Made by a program: the position numbers and the translations under genes
The notes under the pieces: model-generated
Databases searched by the model: none
What the model saw: the letters and a program-made list of their open reading frames with translations, nothing else
Told to the model about the DNA's origin: nothing
Virus record (IMG/VR): IMGVR_UViG_3300022917_000006
Coordinates: 1-39,582 of that record
Source: a virus
Taxonomy: Duplodnaviria > Caudoviricetes
Length of the DNA stretch: 39,582 nt
Direction: 5' to 3' (one strand)
Shown here: piece by piece, positions 35,393 to 39,582 of the stretch
How positions within the stretch are numbered: position 1 is the stretch's first letter
Layout: every line of letters starts with the position of its first letter

Positions 35393-35421
35393 TTGACAAC
35401 ATCTTACTGGGGTACTATACT
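35393..35421 (+). promoter_or_regulatory. Promoter of the packaging/structural operon
   Basis: TTGACA-N17-TATACT. Confidence 0.8.
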
Positions 35422-35480
35422 TTATATAACACCTGTATAGAGGGGTAGTAACAAGCCGTAGAGGCATAAAAATAGGGGGA

Positions 35481-36332
35481 ATGATGGCCAGAACGCCACT
35501 TACCGAAGAACAGAAACAAGCCTTAAGGGAGCGTCTCCAAAAAGCCAGAGATGCGAAAAAGGAAAAAGTTTCCGAGCCTAATACAAACACTGAGGGTCAG
35601 CAGCCCCAAACACCAAAAGAACCTACCGTTAACCCTACACCAGTAAGTGACTCCAGGATTTCACTTACCCAGGAGCAATTCGACCAGTTGCTTAATCGCA
35701 TCTCTGTTGCCGAGGCAGCGATTGCCAATCGTAGCATTACTCCTGAGCAGGCGATTACCGCCAAAGCTGAGATGCAAGGGGTATCGATGGGCAAGAATGG
35801 CCTCCAGGGGATCATCTACAAATGGCCTATTGAGCAGGACTATTACCCGAATCCGGCGCAGCGTATCCTTGATATGCCGGAGCTTGCTCGCTACGCACCG
35901 CACATGAACTACGAGATTAAGTGGGAAGTTTCCGGTGTCGAGTACGAGAAGGCTAACATCAATTACGCGGAACCTCGCTTCCAGGTAACGATCCTACGCA
36001 TTATGTTTGATGAGAATGGTGAACCCACTAACCAACGCGCTATTGTTGGTAAGCACATGCAGCATGAAGACGAGAATGTTGTCCGCATGATTGCCCGTGA
36101 TATGGGCCTTGATACCACCGATGAGCGTGCCTTAATGGATGAAGTTCGTTTCCAACGTATTCGCCGATGGGTACTTGATCTTCTTACTCCGCACCGCCAG
36201 CAGGACCGCGTAGAATCGGTTCGTGAGATGGTAATTGAAGGTAAAGTTGTACCTGTTATTGAAATCGATACCAACGCCGATAAGTCGATTATGGTAGATA
36301 CCACCAGCTCCCTAAAACAACACCTAGGATAA
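35481..36332 (+). CDS. Hypothetical protein upstream of terL
   Basis: 283-aa ORF; N-terminal LTEEQKQALRERLQKAR motif. Confidence 0.75.
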   Translation: MMARTPLTEEQKQALRERLQKARDAKKEKVSEPNTNTEGQQPQTPKEPTVNPTPVSDSRISLTQEQFDQLLNRISVAEAAIANRSITPEQAITAKAEMQGVSMGKNGLQGIIYKWPIEQDYYPNPAQRILDMPELARYAPHMNYEIKWEVSGVEYEKANINYAEPRFQVTILRIMFDENGEPTNQRAIVGKHMQHEDENVVRMIARDMGLDTTDERALMDEVRFQRIRRWVLDLLTPHRQQDRVESVREMVIEGKVVPVIEIDTNADKSIMVDTTSSLKQHLG

Positions 36333-36333
36333 T

Positions 36334-37689
36334 ATGATCTACAAACCGCATGCGAGGCAGGTAACAGCCCATGCTGACGACCATGACCGACGCGTCCTCT
36401 TATGGGGGCGCCAGGTCGGTAAGACCTACTGGTCAGTTAACGAAGCATGGATAAAAGCCGTTCAAAAGCAGGGACGGTATCTTATCGTGTTTCCTACGTA
36501 TGCACAGGCAAAGAACACGGTCTGGGCCCAGTATCTGCACCTTATCCCAAAGGAGCTGATTGCCAAGATCGATAACACGGAGTTGATCATTACGCTCAAA
36601 CATCTTAAGGGGCCAATGGCATTACCGGGTAAAGGCTGGCAGGCTATCATCCATGATCCTACCATGCCGCCAAGTACCATTGAACTTAAAGGAAGTGACG
36701 AGGCAGATCGACTCCGTGGCCAAAAGGCTAATGGAATAATCTTTGATGAGTATGCTATCCAAAAGCCCGAAAACTGGAAGACTGTCTTCGAACCAATGTT
36801 CTCAACCACCAATGGATGGGCAGCATTTATCTCCACGCCAAAGGGATACAATCACTTTTACAAGATGGTGTCGGACATTGAGACTGGTCGCTCAGACGAG
36901 CGTTGGAGCCTCTCTAAGGCCACCTGGCGAGACAACCCGGCTATTGATAAATCCTATATCGAAGGCATCAAGAAGGAGGCGCTAGCCACAGGGGACATGC
37001 CAGCATTCCTTCAGGAGTACGAGCTCGAGTTTCGATCAGTTGAGGGTTCAGTATTTCCAGACTTCAAGAATGATATACATGTCATTAAGCCGGATGAGCT
37101 ACCAGCCCATGGCCAAAACTGGATCACCTTTGACTTTGGTTGGGCAGATGATCACCCGACAGCTATTAACTTCGTGCGCATCACCAATGATCAAGTGTGG
37201 TATGTTCATGATGAGATCCACGTTACCAAGACACCACTCGAGGACAGTGTTGAATTACTAGTTCAGCGCGCTGCGGGCATGAAGATACAAGGAGTAGTGG
37301 CAGATTCAGCCCGCCCCGACTTAATCGATATACTCCGCCAAAGACTTCAGCCTCGTGGTATAAACGTCATAGAGGCCCCTAAACGCCCCAACTCTGTGCC
37401 GACTGGCATATTATTACTTGGACAGATGATACGCCCCAGACTGCAACTTATTGGCCTTCCACGCCCATCTTTCTACGTGACGAACAACTGCGAAGAAACC
37501 ATCAAAAACTTCGAGGGATATAGGTACCCAAGTAAAAAGGAAGACCGTAAAACTACCGAAATACCGATTAAGAAAGATGATGATCATATTGATGGTATAA
37601 GATACCTCGCACTTTACCTAAAATATGGTACAGTAAAGGAAGAAAAGATACGCCTTAAAAACCCCTTCCAAAACGAATATGGGATATAG
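36334..37689 (+). CDS. terL: Terminase large subunit
   Basis: Walker A GRQVGKT, PTY.QA, LRG....IIFDE Walker B, ISTPKG.N, QEY...F, DFG...PT, DSARPD, DDHIDGIRY nuclease motifs. Confidence 0.96.
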   Translation: MIYKPHARQVTAHADDHDRRVLLWGRQVGKTYWSVNEAWIKAVQKQGRYLIVFPTYAQAKNTVWAQYLHLIPKELIAKIDNTELIITLKHLKGPMALPGKGWQAIIHDPTMPPSTIELKGSDEADRLRGQKANGIIFDEYAIQKPENWKTVFEPMFSTTNGWAAFISTPKGYNHFYKMVSDIETGRSDERWSLSKATWRDNPAIDKSYIEGIKKEALATGDMPAFLQEYELEFRSVEGSVFPDFKNDIHVIKPDELPAHGQNWITFDFGWADDHPTAINFVRITNDQVWYVHDEIHVTKTPLEDSVELLVQRAAGMKIQGVVADSARPDLIDILRQRLQPRGINVIEAPKRPNSVPTGILLLGQMIRPRLQLIGLPRPSFYVTNNCEETIKNFEGYRYPSKKEDRKTTEIPIKKDDDHIDGIRYLALYLKYGTVKEEKIRLKNPFQNEYGI

Positions 37690-37710
37690 CAAAAACAGGA
37701 AAATAAAAAT

Positions 37711-38010
37711 ATGTCAAACGATGCAAAATACCTTACAGATTTAAAGAAACATCTCGATACGGTAGAGTATGGTGATATTACCGTTTCATTTAAAAGGGTG
37801 AACCACAAAACTGTGGAAATGATACCAAGCACCATCGAGACAGTAAGACACGAAGACACCGAGGATTACCTAAAAGATTTGATTCTGTTTATTCGGGCGC
37901 TTGAGAAGAGCGAACACACCGGTAAAGTAACATTGGAGCTGGGTTGGAAAAAGGGTACTATAAGTACATTAGGATATCACACCGAAACAAAAAAGGAATA
38001 CAGAGGCTAA
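37711..38010 (+). CDS. Hypothetical protein with two YezD/DUF2292-like repeats
   Basis: YLTDL...L...EYGDITVSF and YLKDL...L...EHTGKVTLEL internal duplication. Confidence 0.6.
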   Translation: MSNDAKYLTDLKKHLDTVEYGDITVSFKRVNHKTVEMIPSTIETVRHEDTEDYLKDLILFIRALEKSEHTGKVTLELGWKKGTISTLGYHTETKKEYRG

Positions 38011-38011
38011 C

Positions 38012-39582
38012 ATGGATGAAGAGAAACCAGTCATCGACCATACATTAAATGGTAGATACAAGCAACAGTATACAAATGATATTGATGCCCATAATGATGC
38101 CATAATTGACTACGACTCTTACGAGGCTATGGGTCTATCGAAGGTATGGGACAGCGTATCGCGCAGTACGAAGAACTCAATTACCGACTCAACCGCCGCA
38201 ACCATTGTTCGTGAACGTTCTGCCCGTGTTGTAGGACAACTTCCCACAGGTGTGATGCGTGCCTTTGGTAAGAAAGACACCGCTAAGTCGATGCTGATGG
38301 ACCTTATTCGCCTAAAATACATATACCCTAACGCTAATGCCCAGCATCCCTTCCTTGATAAGATATACCTTTGGGAAAAGGGCGCAGGACAATACGGTGA
38401 TATGCCAATATTCTACGACTGGCACGTCTCTCCAACTGGGTATGTTGGACCTGACTGCTGGCTTTGGAATCCACGGAACTTCATTCCTCAGAATGGATAT
38501 ACCTCTGTCGCTGATATGGACTATGCTCACTCAATTGCCTATGTTGGGCCAAGCTTTTTCAAGGACTTACTTGATGATGAAAGTGATGAAGGAGGCTGGG
38601 ACAAGGATTCCATACAGGAGGTCATGGAATCCCTTAAAAATAGCAAGAAGTCCCACGATACCCAGCGCGACACGGTGAAACAACGTAGCCAATCTAGCCA
38701 GGACCAGAACAAGATCATGCTAGTTACTAGACATGAGGCTGGTAAAAAAGGCAAATGGATTTCCTTTCTACCTGAACTTGGTCACATGGTTGTCCGAAGT
38801 ATTGACAACCCCCATAAAAATGGTCGCATTCCCTTTGTCGTGCTGCGGGTTGATCCTAGCTTTGATAGTTACTATTCTGTTGGTGACTTCCAGCGCCTTA
38901 AGCCCCTCCAGTTCGCCAAAGATGGACTTACCAACTACTACTTTGAAGGTATTAAAACTAACCTTCGACCAGTGATGGTGGTAAATGCGAACGGTGTAGT
39001 AAAGCATACGGTATCGACTGATCCGAACTCCGTTATCCAGGAAACCATTAATGGCTCTGTTAGATACCTAAGTACTTCAACGGCAGGTTTGTCAACCTAT
39101 CAGTCAGCCATGAGCCAGATGCAGGCAAGTATGCTCAACGTCTCGGGATCTACAGATACCGCTGTAAATGCAGAGCAAGCACTTGATCCTGGGTTTGGTA
39201 AAACACCTCAGGCACTTCAGATGCGTGACCAACGAGAGAATACCAATGACAATCAGGTACGACGCTTTTTGGAACAAGCCATGGAGCAACTTCTCGATGG
39301 AATGATGAGCCTTATCCCCGCAGTAGGGACAGAATCTATTAATATAAATCTGTTCTCGGAAGATATTAAGGCACTTGTCGCAGCTGGCTACGGTACTGAG
39401 CTTGAAGACATGTTAGAGATAACAGAATCAGGCGATGCTGCCATCATAAAGATTAAGCCCGCATCCCTTAAAGGAATTGATTATAAATTTGAAATCGATT
39501 TTGGATCGACCAAGAAAGCCGACGAGTCCGAGAAAGCAGCTGGTGTGCTTGAGATGCTTGATACTTTGAGTAAGTATACCAA
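38012..39582 (+). CDS. Portal protein, N-terminal part (missing from ORF track because it runs off the end)
   Basis: Open frame from ATG 38012 (MDEEKPVID...) after terL; contains NPHKNGRIPFV; continues to stop at 425 via the terminal repeat. Confidence 0.88.
   Translation, partial: MDEEKPVIDHTLNGRYKQQYTNDIDAHNDAIIDYDSYEAMGLSKVWDSVSRSTKNSITDSTAATIVRERSARVVGQLPTGVMRAFGKKDTAKSMLMDLIRLKYIYPNANAQHPFLDKIYLWEKGAGQYGDMPIFYDWHVSPTGYVGPDCWLWNPRNFIPQNGYTSVADMDYAHSIAYVGPSFFKDLLDDESDEGGWDKDSIQEVMESLKNSKKSHDTQRDTVKQRSQSSQDQNKIMLVTRHEAGKKGKWISFLPELGHMVVRSIDNPHKNGRIPFVVLRVDPSFDSYYSVGDFQRLKPLQFAKDGLTNYYFEGIKTNLRPVMVVNANGVVKHTVSTDPNSVIQETINGSVRYLSTSTAGLSTYQSAMSQMQASMLNVSGSTDTAVNAEQALDPGFGKTPQALQMRDQRENTNDNQVRRFLEQAMEQLLDGMMSLIPAVGTESININLFSEDIKALVAAGYGTELEDMLEITESGDAAIIKIKPASLKGIDYKFEIDFGSTKKADESEKAAGVLEMLDTLSKYT
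39456..39582. repeat. 127-bp terminal direct repeat (copy 2)
   Basis: Identical to 1-127. Confidence 0.97.

Noticed and set aside
39456-39582. Biological terminal repeat
   Set aside because: The 127-bp length equals a common assembler k-mer and the repeat falls mid-portal; treated as assembly overlap
1-39582. Stop-codon reassignment
   Set aside because: TAA, TAG and TGA all end tightly coupled genes, and long genes are intact in code 11

Overview
The window is an apparently complete, circularly assembled tailed-phage genome of about 39,455 bp. Its first 127 nt recur as the last 127 nt, and the portal gene runs across the join. Architecture is podovirus-like. A rightward structural/lysis arm carries terL, portal, scaffold, major capsid, GroES, internal ejection proteins (one LPD38-like), tail tube/nozzle, an amidase lysis cassette, then tail fibres with an embedded glycoside hydrolase. 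A leftward arm carries many small early genes (VRR-NUC, KGG-repeat protein, SSB-like, Cas4-like exonuclease, HNH, HTH, small Zn-finger and membrane proteins). I recognise no integrase, polymerase, primase or helicase. A Saccharibacteria/CPR host is suggested but only by inference. The most striking feature is a ~0.9-kb non-coding leader (31643-32513) of the early operon, built almost entirely of abutting RNA modules each closed by a long stem. Five modules are nested in a perfect 17-bp long-range helix. One module is a CCA-ending tRNA mimic with a 94-nt structured insert in place of the anticodon loop. A UUCG-hairpin motif recurs in two modules with a compensatory base-pair change. Other notable items are several promoter-terminator mini-units, an orphan Phd/YefM-like regulator with a 12-bp-phased operator array, a GGGGTA-rich region between terS and terL, and visible gene chimerism in the early region. 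All protein calls come from motif recognition by eye, not database searches.
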